Notes under the pieces: generated by a model
Seen by the model: the letters and a program-made list of their open reading frames with translations, nothing else
The model's database searches: none
Told to the model about the DNA's origin: nothing
Assembly (NCBI RefSeq): GCF_001949145.1
Contig: NW_019091361.1
Span: 3,001,854-3,065,853 of the forward strand
Direction: 5' to 3'
Source of the DNA: Acanthaster planci
Taxonomy: Eukaryota
DNA: 64,000 nucleotides
Shown: piece after piece, positions 26,101 through 39,066 of the stretch
Position numbering within the stretch: the first letter of the stretch is position 1
Layout of the letters: every line of letters begins with the position of its first letter
Program-made: the position numbers and the translations under genes

Positions 26101-29100
26101 ATTATGATGCAAATTGTAAGCAGTTCTCGAAAGACTCGGACTTAGGAAGGTAAGAGCAAGCTGAAAATTCTTAGGATACACCTGAACTACAATTGGTGTT
26201 GAATTTGATGATAAATACCACTGCCAGCAAGTTTCCCATAAACAGTACTATGTACAATCTTTCAAAAACTGGTAATGGTCCAGTTGTCCAAATTTCAGTG
26301 ATTGCACGATTTCATTGTTAATTTCGGTTGGATATAAACCACAGTTGAGCATACCCAATTTTGTCAACAAATTTGCAGTTCTGCATGGGCAGTATCCCTA
26401 CCTTTGGCACAGGACAAAGTTCGGGTAGTTGACAAAAGTTTGCATGTAACATAATCATTCACTGACTTGTGCTCGGGCTTTTTGACTGCCTATATACCAA
26501 CCAGGTGCGGCCACTGCAAGAAACTTGCTCCTGAGTACGAGAAAGCAGCAACTGTTCTGAAGAGCAATGATCCTCCAGTGCCGCTTGCAAAGGTACATAC
26601 ATGTACATCCAGTGTTTACTCTATTTGTGTTTGCTCCCCATTCCACACATAAATCTGCCTGTTGTAGTTACTGGCGATAGGTGTGGATGCCAGCGGTCAC
26701 CAAAGACACTGTGCGCCTATAGTGCTCACACATGAAGATTCCACACATTTGCAACTTTGCCTGTTTTGCCTTTAAGCAATGTGTGTTGTCACATGCAATA
26801 ATTATATTACCCCAAGTGACATAGTATGACTTAATGGTATATGCGTGCTGAAGGATGATCCTTCAGCACGCATATACCATTCGAGCGCGCATACATGCGC
26901 CTTTCGCGGCCACCGTAGAAAATGCCAGTATCCCCCTCTCCATTGGATATGGAAACAGTGAAAAATGTTGCAAGGGCAAGTCAAGAACCTGCAGATCAAT
27001 TTTCACGGATCAGAATTTTGGGGGGTTTAGGGAGGGGGCTCGAAGATTGCTTTGTGTAGTCTAATCTGTATGGTGTGGAGCTAAATTTGGGAAATACTAA
27101 GAGACATTCTCCTGATGATGAAAAATAAAAAGTACTTTCTGCTAGGGGAGGGTGGCATGGCCCTGTTCCCCCACCCCAGCTATTAATGGTTTATTGTAAC
27201 CATATGACTCAAGTTGTGGGATTGAAACTTAGTGGAATAAGCCAAGGCCCCGTCACTCTCTCCCTCTCTCTCTCTCTCTTTCCCTTCCTGAGCAAAGATG
27301 ATCCGAAACGAAAATACCTCAGTTGTCCATTTGCAAGGCGTGCGGGGATGACCGTGGGTGTGTGCGTGCTAGTGTTTGCTGGCTGGCGGCTGGCTGGCTG
27401 GCTGGCTGACCGTCTTCACAATCAAGGAATTGATCTTGCTGAGAGTTAATTCACCAGAATATTGCTAACGCATAGATACAACCCATGAAAGCTGGGATAA
27501 GTATGAGAGGGTGACTAGCAAGATGTATCATAAAAAAGTGTTTTGCAAGCACAGCACTTTACATTGTTTTTTTTTTCATTTCCCAAGATTGATTGCGCTG
27601 AAAAGGGCATAGAGACATGCGGCGATTATGGGGTGTCAGATTTTCCATCAATGAAGATCTTTAGAAATGGGAAGCTCTCCTCCGAGTATCAGGGGGCAAG
27701 AAAGGCAGGTACGTCACATATTATTTGCACTTTTTTAGAGTCAGTAACAGTCCACAGTCTTCTGAGCTCCCTAATCATTAGAAAGCCTGCCCCTCCCACG
27801 GTTTTTTTTTCTTGAAAGGAACACTTCATAGGTGAGTAGGAAAGAATGTAATTGATTTATTCTTTTACCAAAACGTAGCACCGTACTCTAAGAAAATAAT
27901 AGCACTACAAAACAAAGGATGTGTCGTGAATATTTAAGGCTTTTGAGACCCCCCATCATGCTGAATGAGCCCAAAGCAGTCTTCGCTTTTGACTTTGCCC
28001 CTCTCTCGACACCAGAAGGAGCTGGAGGGTTATTGTTGAATTTACCTGGTTGGTTGTGAAATTTGTTGTGCTCCAAACCCAGAAGTTAAGATGGTTCATG
28101 GGAGTGTTTCTAAGAAGAAAAAGGCCAGGTATGCATGGCATCAAAGCATTCGAAAGTCCCTTAAAAGTATAGTAAAAGGTGAATTCCGTGTACACACTGC
28201 ATGGGATTCTGTACAAAATAGACTTTGTGCCATGTACACAGGACTCTAGACTCTGTGTACCTCCTTCACTGATGCCGCTGTGGTCGTTAACCGGTCAGTC
28301 CATACAGTTCTTCCAAAACTCGATTTTTCCGCTGTGAGCTCCACCCACGTCATGCTGATTGGAATCAGAGGTCGCTTACACAGGCATGATACAACTTCCT
28401 TTCTTCAGAAGGAGTTTTGAAGTTTTTTTAAAATATATTTTCTTGTTGTCTTTAAAGATAGCATCGTCAGCTGGATGAAGAAACAGGCTGAACCCATGGC
28501 GAAGAAAGTCGACGATGTTTGGTCTTTGCAGAAGATACTTGACAGCTCCCACCAGCCAGTCGTTGCAGGTGAGGATTTATTGTCACTCCCAGACAAGGGA
28601 AGACCCATTTTCTTCAGTGCACATGAGCAGATATCCATGTAGTGAACACTTGCCTCGGACAACACCACCACCACCCATTGTCCCACAAAAAAGATTTAAA
28701 AGATTCATATGCACAGCTGAGCGGTATTACCCTAAGCTCAAAGGGGATAAAAAGTTTGGTAGAAGTCTCCACAGCTACCGGTACTGCAACAATCAAATAC
28801 GGGGAAACTTCACCGTCACACATAGTTTCCAAGGACGATCAAAAAGTGTAAGGACCCAGTTTGGTATTAAAAAAGCCAAGGTCTTTCGGGGAAAAAGCGC
28901 GCGCGTGAGCCAGTGTAGGCCTATGGCTGCGCTGATAGGACAGACTATCGCACGCGTATAACTGTTCCCGAATAGCCTCATACTCGACATGCGCTGTTGG
29001 AGTAGCGAAGTAGCTCATTATTACATGGACTGGTTCCTGTCCCTATTACTTAGGGACCGCTTGCCCTGGCTTCTGGGTACAGTCCACTAATTCAAGCCCC

Positions 29101-32100
29101 ATTGAAAACAGTGTAATATCAGCACTGTTCAGGGCCCAATAACATGCACGCCAACATCCCTGAGATTTCTGAAACACAAATGAAATTCTTGTCTGGTCAC
29201 TAATCTTTCAATTTCTTTTCATTTTTTTGTGGGTTAACCAATTACATTTTTAATTATTCCCGCGAAACAAAATCACCCCCCCAAAAAGNNNNNNNNNNNN
29301 NNNNNNNNNNNNNNNNNNNNNNNNNNNNNNNNNNNNNNNNNNNNNNNNNNNNNNNNNNNNNNNNNNNNNNNNNNNNNNNNNNNNNNNNNNNNNNNNNNNN
29401 NNNNNNNNNNNNNNNNNNNNNNNNNNNNNNNNNNNNNNNNNNNNNNNNNNNNNNNNNNNNNNNNNNNNNNNNNNNNNNNNNNNNNNNNNNNNNNNNNNNN
29501 NNNNNNNNNNNNNNNNNNNNNNNNNNNNNNNNNNNNNNNNNNNNNNNNNNNNNNNNNNNNNNNNNNNNNNNNNNNNNNNNNNNNNNNNNNNNNNNNNNNN
29601 NNNNNNNNNNNNNNNNNNNNNNNNNNNNNNNNNNNNNNNNNNNNNNNNNNNNNNNNNNNNNNNNNNNNNNNNNNNNNNNNNNNNNNNNNNNNNNNNNNNN
29701 NNNNNNNNNNATACACAGGATTTGAATGGCATGCGAGGCCTTTCAACTTTACATAAAATCAAATGGAACAAATTCCTCTTTGTCAATTTATATACCATGT
29801 ACTCAATCTAACAAACAGGACCATTGGATGCTTCTTATAAATGTCACTACCAACCAAAAAGTAACACTGCTCACCAATTTATATTGAAAGAAAATGCATT
29901 CATTATTAGATGCAGCTCTATTATGCTCTCTTCCCAGGCTTTTTCACCAAAGACGGCAAAGAGAAAGAAAACCTAGTCGAGGCTGCTCCCGACCTCTTCA
30001 CCCACTACCGAGTAGTCTACTCTCTCTCAGAAGAAGTCAACGAAGAATTTGGCTACTTTGAGTAGGAAATTGATCGAAGATATCCATTTTCTGTCCCCCT
30101 TCAAATGAACCCACCCCTTTGAGGGTTTTGGCCTTGTCACAGCCGGGGGGCAGATTTCAGATCTCGGCCTTACGATGACGTATTTCAATGAAATTTTGCA
30201 GTGTCATGAAGGCATACATACTAATCATCTGTGTGAAATTAGATGCAAATTAATTAAGTTTATGTAAATTATATTATTATATTATACCATTTTTTCTTCT
30301 TTCGATTGTTGGGCGATTTTATTGCATTTTTCACATCAAAGATGCTGTGTGGATTTTATATTCAGTGGAAATGAAACCAGAGATGCCATGAGCTGTATAC
30401 AATAACATGCATAAGTAAATTATAAAATTAATAGACCTTCCCAAAAGGAAGAGACTTCCTGACAAAAAGAAGCCACTTCGCCCCTTGTACGATGTACTTC
30501 TGGGTACAAAGTCAATGGTAAATTTCACATCACACTTCACCCTGCCTCCTAAATTTCTTCACTGATGAGCGAGAACGCCACGTCCAATTTTCATAAATTT
30601 GGGGTCAAAATGAGGCTAATACATTGGAAAAAATTTACCATAAAGTATAAGCACGCAGAAATTAATCCCGGAGATGCAATGAGCAAAAATCAACAGGGGA
30701 GGCGGATTCTGCCCCCCGGCTCTTTGAGGGTTAAAACAAGCTCGCCCCAAACTCAGCAGCCACCCCATCAAACAAACTCACCCCTCCCATTCCCAGTTCA
30801 AACAGCCTTGCCATCCCCCAAGTAAATAACTGATCATCATCAACACCCCTTCAGCAAAACCATCGTCGGTCCAATTTTTAAACAAGCTCATCCCCCAAAC
30901 TCACCATCTACCCCCTTCCTCCCATCACACTCATCGTCCGGACGCGTCCCTTAAAAAACCTGACCACCAGCCCACTAAGAATTTCCTCCAAATTCACTAA
31001 AATCACTACACTGTACTACCCATCCAATGTCATTCGGTTCAACTCTATATGCAAACAAGATGACCACCATTTAAGACCACCTCTTCTTTCCCCTCCCCCA
31101 TACCAAAACTACAGTGTCATTGCATGATGTGAGTTTTGCATTTAACGCTGGCATAACGAAGAAACAATCATTTGTATGAATGTTGAAATTACTTTTTTCT
31201 TTAAATATGCCCCTTCATCTCTAATTAATTTTGATACAGTGCTGTTGTCCTTTTCCGACCTGCGTATCTAAGAAACAAATATGAAGGCAACGAAGTAGAG
31301 ATGTCCGGCGCCATTACAAAGACTAACATAGAAAAGTTTGTTGGACAAAATGGGTGAGTATACAACATTTTTGGGGTTGAAATTTTGAGCAGATTTGTTT
31401 GGTGATGACCTCTGAACACTGATTGTGATGGCTGTCACTAAACTCATGACATTTACCTGAAATTGAAGATATGAAAAAAGGAAACCGTGTGGAGGTATTC
31501 CCCAGGCTCCGGCTATTAGAATGACTTAGAAATATTTTGTAAATAATATTTAAGTGGTTATTTAAATCAATACAGGATATGAGATCCTGCAATGTGCCAA
31601 TAGAAAGAGGGAAAAACTTTGCTCAAAGAACACGCATTTTACCAAGACACCAAAATAAAGCACAATAAAAACGATATTGAGCAACAACAACGGTTTAGCG
31701 AGAGAGTGGATGTTGGGAATGTCAGGTATTGAACTTGAGGGGGTTTCCCTGAAAAACGAAAGAACGGTGGCTACACCGCGCCAAACCTCTACAGACCCTT
31801 TTGTCTCGGGAAACATACTTACATTTGTTTTGTCGATCTAACAATGTACCAGTCCTTTCACCAATGTTTGTGACAGACATTTGGCAATCAATTTTTGACA
31901 TTTGATGCAACATCCACTTTTAATTGTTCAGCATGGGGCTATGTGGTCACATGACACCACTTAACGTGGATTTATTCCGGAAACCACTAGTTGTCGTCTA
32001 CTACGAGGTAGACTTCCTAAAGAATCCTGCAGGTATGTTATCCAAAATTATTCCCTTTCTTGAGAAAAAAGTTTACGCTTGTCTAATTCTTCAAAATCCA

Positions 32101-35100
32101 CGCTTGAATAATATAAACGGGTAATTCTGCTTGGCTTTTGTGACCGTCTTTACGTTAATTTCCACACGTTATCACTCACAATGCACTCTCGACAGGATCC
32201 CGCAAAATAACTATATTCAGGCCAGTAATTTTTGTTCTATTGTCATGCAAAGAAATTTCCAAATCTTTTGGCCCCCAAACTTTCCCCTGAAAAATTTGTT
32301 CAGGATCCGCCTTCGACGATATACTTGCAGTTAATTTTTTTCCTGGGTTTGTTTGTTTTTGTTTTAGGCACCAATTATTGGCGCAACAGGTGAGTTGAAA
32401 CTTCATATACCCCCCATCTGATGTTTCATGTGGCAACATTATTTCATATTCAGTAGGAATTGCTTGAAAAACATTGTGAATACCCCCCCTAAAAAATCTG
32501 ATTCATTGTACTTAAACCAACGTTTTGATGGAATAAATGTTTCTGTGTTTTGTGACCAAGTTACGGAAGCTTAAAGTGACCATCAGCGTTTCGGCGTTTC
32601 TGAGATATCTCGGAAAGACGGAATACTGAGATAAAAAGTTGTCGTTTTTATGATAACGCTTCGGTGTATGATGTCTTTCACTGATTGTATATTGTGACAT
32701 TTTAGGGTATTTAAGGAATCTTACATCTTACTTTAAGCTTTCCGTATCAAGTGGAGATCTTGAAAACCTTTTTGCAGGGTAATGAGGGTTGCCCAGAACT
32801 ACAGAGATGAGGGCTTGACCTTCGCAATTGCCTGGAAAGCCCAGTTCGAAGACGTTCTCGGATCCCTGGGAATCAGTTCACAAACTGAAATCAGCGTTGT
32901 TGCATGGCAGCATGGAGAGAAATTCAAGATGGAGGAAGCCTTCTCGTAAGTTCATCTGGCATTTAGCTGCCTGCAAGGTTTTAGAGAGGCGGTGGATATT
33001 TTGCCACTCCTGGTAAAAGTTCCCCAACTCCAAAAGTAGAGATAATATATACAAAGTGCATATAAAAAGTGCACAGATGAATCTGTTTGTCCTGACGAAG
33101 GTACATAGTTATGGAAAGCTCGACAATAAGATAAATTAAGAGCGATACTATATGTATTTTTTCAATATTCTGATCAAGGTGCTACGCAGCCCTTTGATAT
33201 TTCTCTGAGTAACGCCAACACTTGCTATGTTACGGGCCGCGCCAAGTTGAGTGCAAGGACATCACCGGCTGTGACTTCATATTATGGACCAATCAGAACA
33301 AGGCTACCGGCAGAATGTCGTTTTGGAACTTTTGCCGGCGACAGCAAAATATGCAAAGCTTTTAAATAAAGTAACAAAGCATGCGGGAAAAATGTGTAGC
33401 AAGTGCATTTTTTCTCAGTCTTTGAAATTCGGAAACCCTCTAACGGGGACACCCGCAGCTTCATTTATCTTAATCACGTCCTTAACATATACTTTCATTG
33501 ATCTGCAGTTGATCTGCAGCTTTGACTGCTATTTTGAAAGTCTCGAGTCAAACACTCTCCTCGCATTTGACCTCTTGGTTGTCATGTACCTATTTTGTAT
33601 AGTGGTGTTTGTTGTCCCTTTACAGGCTAAACACTTTGACAATTTTGCTCTCCAAAAAACTAGCCCAAGCACATTTTCACAAGTCCCCTATAACCGTCTA
33701 CTGCCAGATGTGGTTTTGTTTCTCACGCTTTTGAGAAAAGCATCGCAGTACTTTTCACCTTTCTTCGCCGACAGAGTCACAACCCTGGACACCTTCGTGA
33801 AAAAGTTTTTAGCGGGAGAGCTCAAACCATATATTAAAAGCGAAGATGTTCCAGAATTTAATGATGGTCCTTGTCAAGGTAAAATTTATCTCTTTGTTTT
33901 TAAGCACGAAAAGTGGGGGATGATTCAGTCGTCCATCCCCCGAGTTTAAGAAGTGTGTGTGTGTGGGGGGGGGGTTATTGCATTTTACACATGGCATAGT
34001 CAGTATTTTTGCCTCAAGTTTATTAAGCTGCACGTATTATTAGTTAAAAGGGTTTAAGTCTGTGTACTTCAAGAAAACATGCAGTGGACCTTCGGTTCAA
34101 GTTGTTTTGATGCACATTACTATGAGATACAACAACACCAACAAGATTTGAATACCTCTTTTCATTAGAAATAGCAAGAGTGTAAGAGTTTTTAGTTCTG
34201 GTTAAATCCTTTCATCAACACATAGGGTACTATTTCTCTTTTGTTACACAAGGCAAGACTTGTTGTTGAGCATAGTGAAAAGCACAAAAATTCTTCTCAC
34301 AATAACCTCAAACGATGTTTTGAAAAAAGATTTTTCATTACCATTGTTTGCACAAGCTACCTAACACCGTACACAAGTGACAAGTAAAAGTTACTCAAAG
34401 ACAGTGAAGGAAAGTGTGATATGTATTTGCAAGCAGAGCTACAGAGCCACTGTTGTTCTGTCTTGGATGACATCACACATCATGAGAACTGAAATTTTAA
34501 GATGCATAAAACCAAAAACCAGAATGTTGAAGTTTCTCCTATTAACTGCTACAAAGGAGATGGAAAGTCAAAGCAGCGTTGCAAGAAAGCTTTCCCAGAC
34601 ATTTTCATGTTTCAAAAATCCCTTTTCAAGTTTCCTTCAATCCATTGAATCTGACAAAACCATGTTTCGGTTGCATTCATTTCGTCTAAAAATGTATCCA
34701 GGCCGATTTAACTCTTGTCATTTGTTTCCGCAGGTAGTGGTGGGTAGCACCTTCAACGACATTGTCAAGGACGACACCAAAGATGTCCTCATTGAGTTCT
34801 ATGCTCCGTGGTGCGGCCAATGCAAAGCTATGGAGGCAAAGTACACTCTACTCGGGGAGAAGGTCAGTGACCAGCAGCTCCTGTTCGTTGTTTTCCAATT
34901 GCTCCAGAAGTGGTGGCAGAAGTGGGATCCTGTTGCTGCTGTTCTTTCTGACCAGAAATCTTGATTGACTCTGAAGGGCATTGTTGCTTGTGAGGAAATG
35001 CATTAACCTTAAAAACTCTGAGTCATTGGCACAATAGAAGAAGGACGAAGAATATTATACATTCTCCCACCTTTTGGCAAGGTATGGGCCATTTGATCAT

Positions 35101-36487
35101 CCCCCAACTTTTCAAAGGCATGAAAAAGGACTTGCATAACTTGATTTAGTTTTAATCTTCCAACAGCCAAACTTTCCGAGATAGAAAGGAAAATGGAGAA
35201 TAAACGGCACAAAGAGTACCAAAATCACAACATGCTGGATTACACATTTACGCAGTATAAATATGGTAAAAGCATTTATTATGAAATGCAATCATGTCGT
35301 CAATGGTCTCTAGGCACCCGGCCCTCTTTTTTTCATATTTTCGACAGGCGAGCGATTTTAGGATTTCGTCACTGCCCCCCCCTTCCATGCCGCTGATCCT
35401 GGTGAAAGTGTGTTTCACATGGAATCTTGTTATGTAGAAATTGCATGGTTTAGAGGTGCAATTTTGGCATATTAAACGTTTGCTGGTTTACAGGGTTGTA
35501 AGTGAACGTATACACCGTCACTTTGGTCCACCGTCATAAGGATGACATTGGGTGTTAAAGCCGTTAATTTTTCTTTTATAGTTGAAAGACGTAGAGCATG
35601 TTGTCATTGCAAAGATGGATATAACCGCTAACGATGCACCTGTAGAATACGCAGTGATTGGGTAAGTAATGGACGACATATTGCGTCAATATCACTCATT
35701 TTTAGCCAGGAAGCTCCAAAATATTCCCGAAGCTTAATCAGAAATAAGCTGGAAAGTCGGCTGGTTTGAAGGTATTGCAAATCACAGACTCCCAGTTGTT
35801 CATCTTCAAACAAACAAACGGAACTTTTTTCCACACGCTTCCCATAAGTTCCATTAAGTGGACCAAATTAGTGTAGATCCAAAGACAGAAACAACCACAT
35901 AATCCCTGACCATGGTGTTCAGTGAAACAACTCCAAAGACTAGTGTGCTTGGATAGACCTCACACTTTGTGCTTTCCCTTGGGATCCAGGTTGGGCCAAG
36001 TGGTTCAAACCTTCATAATTATTTGGTAAACAAAGCTTGATATCATCAGTTCACAGGCCTAATGGATCCAGATCTAAAGTCTGTAGTCTTCCAGTGAAGG
36101 TGGTGAATTAGTTTGGTGTAACATTCACTGTCTTCTGGTTACTTCATTCATTCGGCTGTTTGTATCATGAACCATCCTCACAAAACCTTTACTTTTCGTG
36201 AATATTTTTTATATGTACTCAGCAGAACATTTGCCTGGGTTCTTATACCTGCCTTCTTGGAAAACATCTGGTGTGAATATATTGCCTGTACAACGGTGAA
36301 TAACGATTAGTTTTGCTTTTCTGCAGGATTCCCACAATATACTGGGCACCCATGGGGAGCAAGTCTGCACCCAAGAAGTACCAAGGTGGGCGTGAAGTGA
36401 ACGACTTCCTAGAATTCATCAAGAGGGAATCCACATTGCCCGTCGATGTAGGCGAGAAGAAGAAATCAACGACCGACGAGTTTATAA
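23111..36487 (+). CDS. PDIA3: Protein disulfide-isomerase A3 (ERp57)-like, divergent, about 484 aa if two single-T insertions are corrected
   Basis: Exons 23111-23244, 26505-26592, 27588-27708, 28458-28568, 29938-30061, 31240-31353, 31932-32032, 32368-32389, 32778-32945, 33775-33878, 34734-34862, 35582-35661 and 36327-36487. Signal peptide [16 protein letters not shown], active sites [12 protein letters not shown] and FYAPWCGQC, and PDIA3-typical segments [36 protein letters not shown] and [13 protein letters not shown]. As sequenced there is a phase mismatch after exon 10 and the last exon reads through to 36537. Confidence 0.88.
24827..24892. other. Assembly gap
   Basis: Run of N. Confidence 1.
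25423..25530. repeat. Perfect 28-bp inverted repeat with 52-bp spacer, PDIA3-like intron 1 (likely a MITE core)
   Basis: GCGGCCATTTTACCGAGCCGAATACAAA (25423-25450) is the reverse complement of 25503-25530. Confidence 0.8.
29289..29710. other. Assembly gap
   Basis: Run of N; PDIA3-like exons 4 and 5 join in phase across it, so no exon need be missing. Confidence 1.
30130..30734. mobile_element. TTAA-ended MITE of a second family, PDIA3-like intron 5
   Basis: Left AGCCGGGGGGCAGA is inverted relative to right TCTGCCCCCCGGCT, followed by CTTTGAGGG-TTAA; left terminus is degenerate. Confidence 0.55.
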
Positions 36488-38334
36488 TAAGGATGTTGGT
36501 CGAGGATGTTTTGTATGGGAGAGAAAAACAAATATAGTTATGGATTATTGGTGAGAACACATCGTGACTGGGTAGGGGAACAAAGGAACGTGATCTTGTT
36601 GACCTCCTAGTAAGTGTGGAAACAGTTTTTTTCTGGGAAGGACGATGGCTGACCTTGCTTCAGACTTTGCATCCAAGTTGAGGTGTATTTAAAGTGTTCA
36701 AAAAGTCGAATTGATGCATTGGTCAATATCTTCTAACAGTGTTTGATACTAACATGAAATACTAACTTGAATTCTACTAATTACCAACATGATTCTTATT
36801 GTAGAAATGTGCGTGTTTTTGTGACATCACTGCGACGTCCTCAGGCCCGTAATTTCAAGGTAAATCAACAGAAAAAACTTTTCAACTGAACGTTTCGTAC
36901 TGAATGGGGAGGCACTTTCCTATTTGAGACCTTTTAGACTATATTTTCGGTGACATTATTAACTGCAATGTCAAATGTTTGGAGTGGCATGCTAATGAGC
37001 ACTACATGCAAGGTTGTTTACGGGATAACAAAAGGGCACCCTCTTGTTCTGCATCAAAGAAATCGTTGTTTGTTTTCTTCGTTTTGAAATTTGTTTATAA
37101 CATTTATATAAAAACGGAAGAAATATTTAGACACAACTTATTTTGTTCTGAAGTTCTGAAGTAAACGACATAACCATTCTGAGAGTTATTGAGGTTAGAA
37201 TTTCAAGATGATCAGTTTGATCTTGCATTTGGTTTTGTCAGTAAAGTAAGAAATGTACTTCAGAGATGTTATCATGAACTAATTGGATGAAAGGGATTGT
37301 TCGATAACAACATTAAACAGGATGTAGATATCGTCCGATCACTTTGTTTGTATCTAAAGAAGCACATCTTGTCTGTTGTTTCATTGAAGTGTTATATTTC
37401 CTTTCTCTTGTTCATTAAGATGGACTTTTCACTTTTATTCATATTTGAAGCACATGGGATGTTTAAAAAAAATTAAAATGGCATTTTAAATTTTTTATAT
37501 TGCGTTTCGTTGTTCTAGAAACCAAATTAGATTTAAATGGATAAAGAGTTAATTTGGCATATTTCATCGCAGAAGAAAAATTAGTTTGACTGAAGACATT
37601 TAGGATTACCCTCGATTTAGAAAGGCGTGCCAGAATCGCACCGATCCACATGGAAGGCAATTTTGAACGGGATTTGGCATCTGGAACAAATAGGAACGAC
37701 CACTCCTCATTAAGCGAAAGATCGGCATACATACTTGAAACATCGGCATGAAAATCAGGGCACGATAAATACGTTCCTGATTTTTTGTGACTAGGCACAA
37801 AAAAATCGTCATTTGTATTTATTTAAATAGACCAAAACGCCTTAATTATACTTTTTTTTATAGAATTTTCATCCCCAAAAAGTCACGGGATCCATCGGTA
37901 CTTTCGAAACCTGATTGTTTTTGCAAGAGGAATTCTTTAGAGGGCTTTAACCATACAAGAGTCGTCTGCTAACATTTATATACAGTGCTCGTGCCCCAGC
38001 TTGAGAAAGTAACTGCCAGTCATTGAACGTATTGGGCGTGAAGATGTTACACTTCCTTCCTCCATGATTAATTACATACGCTTGCCTGAGATCAAAATTA
38101 AATGAAATGCAGAAGAACATGTACCATTTTAGAGGCATAGTTCTCGTGAATACAGAACTTTCACTGTATAATACTTCATTTTTTCTTATAGGCCTACATG
38201 TATTAGACATGTATTAACTACACGATAATGCATGAGACGTATAGTTTAATTGACAGCTAAATTAAGTTTAATGTACAACTAAGCTGCAAACTTAAACGTC
38301 TATCAAGATCGCAGATCTGTTTGTTACTTCATTC

Positions 38335-38528
38335 AGTGGCGCAACTACTGGAGGAAACGTGCTCCCCCCCCAGCGGATGCTCGTGCCCCCAGGTGACCCC
38401 TCCCCACATTTGAAATCTTCAAATAATGTCCGTTATTGCTGCAGCTTATTTTCTTGTGATGGCCCACTGAAAACATTTGGAACCCCCGGGTGCGCCCCTC
38501 CCCCCAATTTAGCCCTAGTTATGTCACT
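38335..38528. mobile_element. Short MITE with CAGTGGCG-type termini
   Basis: CAGTGGCGCAACT ... AGTTATGTCACT imperfect TIR enclosing C-runs; similar termini near 6192 and 19535. Confidence 0.45.
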
Positions 38529-39066
38529 AACTTCGTTTACACAACTTACACTTGAAAACGTCAATTCGTAATGGCCTGTTGCTAGATTCGGTCTCAGGTA
38601 CTAGTTGGGTACCACTGTTCAGACTTTTTAAATAGGTACATATCGGCCCTATGATGGACTCCTAGCCTGTTTCAGACAGGCGTTCTAGGATCACGTCGAA
38701 CCAAAAATAATTAAGAGCGACTATTGTAGACTCAAACTTTGGGTTCAGCCAATGAAAAGAGCGACGTCTGAGTTTTATTCCTCCATGCTAAAACCAAGTT
38801 GCTCTTGTGTCGTTTCGAGCGCCTCAAAGTTTCGCTTTTTTGCTTGTTCCGTACCTGGTCGCTGCTAATTGGCGAACTCTTGCCGTACTTAATTCAAAAT
38901 TTGCTTTTAATTGGTTTAGCACGACTCTACAGGACGCCAGTCTGAAACGGGTGTATATAAGACACTTACATGAATTGAACTGGTGTCCAATAAATACCTC
39001 GTTGTGATGGGCAACCGACTGGTCCCGGTCGACCTTTGGAACACTTGATGTTTACACACGATCTCC

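Noticed and set aside
28345..28362. UPRE-like CCACGTCA plus ATTGG in PDIA3-like intron 3, and octamer and C/EBP-ATF-like motifs near 22895-22937
   Set aside because: 8-mers are expected by chance in 64 kb, and the arrangement does not match ERSE (CCAAT-N9-CCACG).
33284..33774. Long N-terminal extensions of ORFs 33284-33949, 34377-34964 and 144-719
   Set aside because: Open intronic sequence next to true exons; splice sites and homology delimit the real exons.
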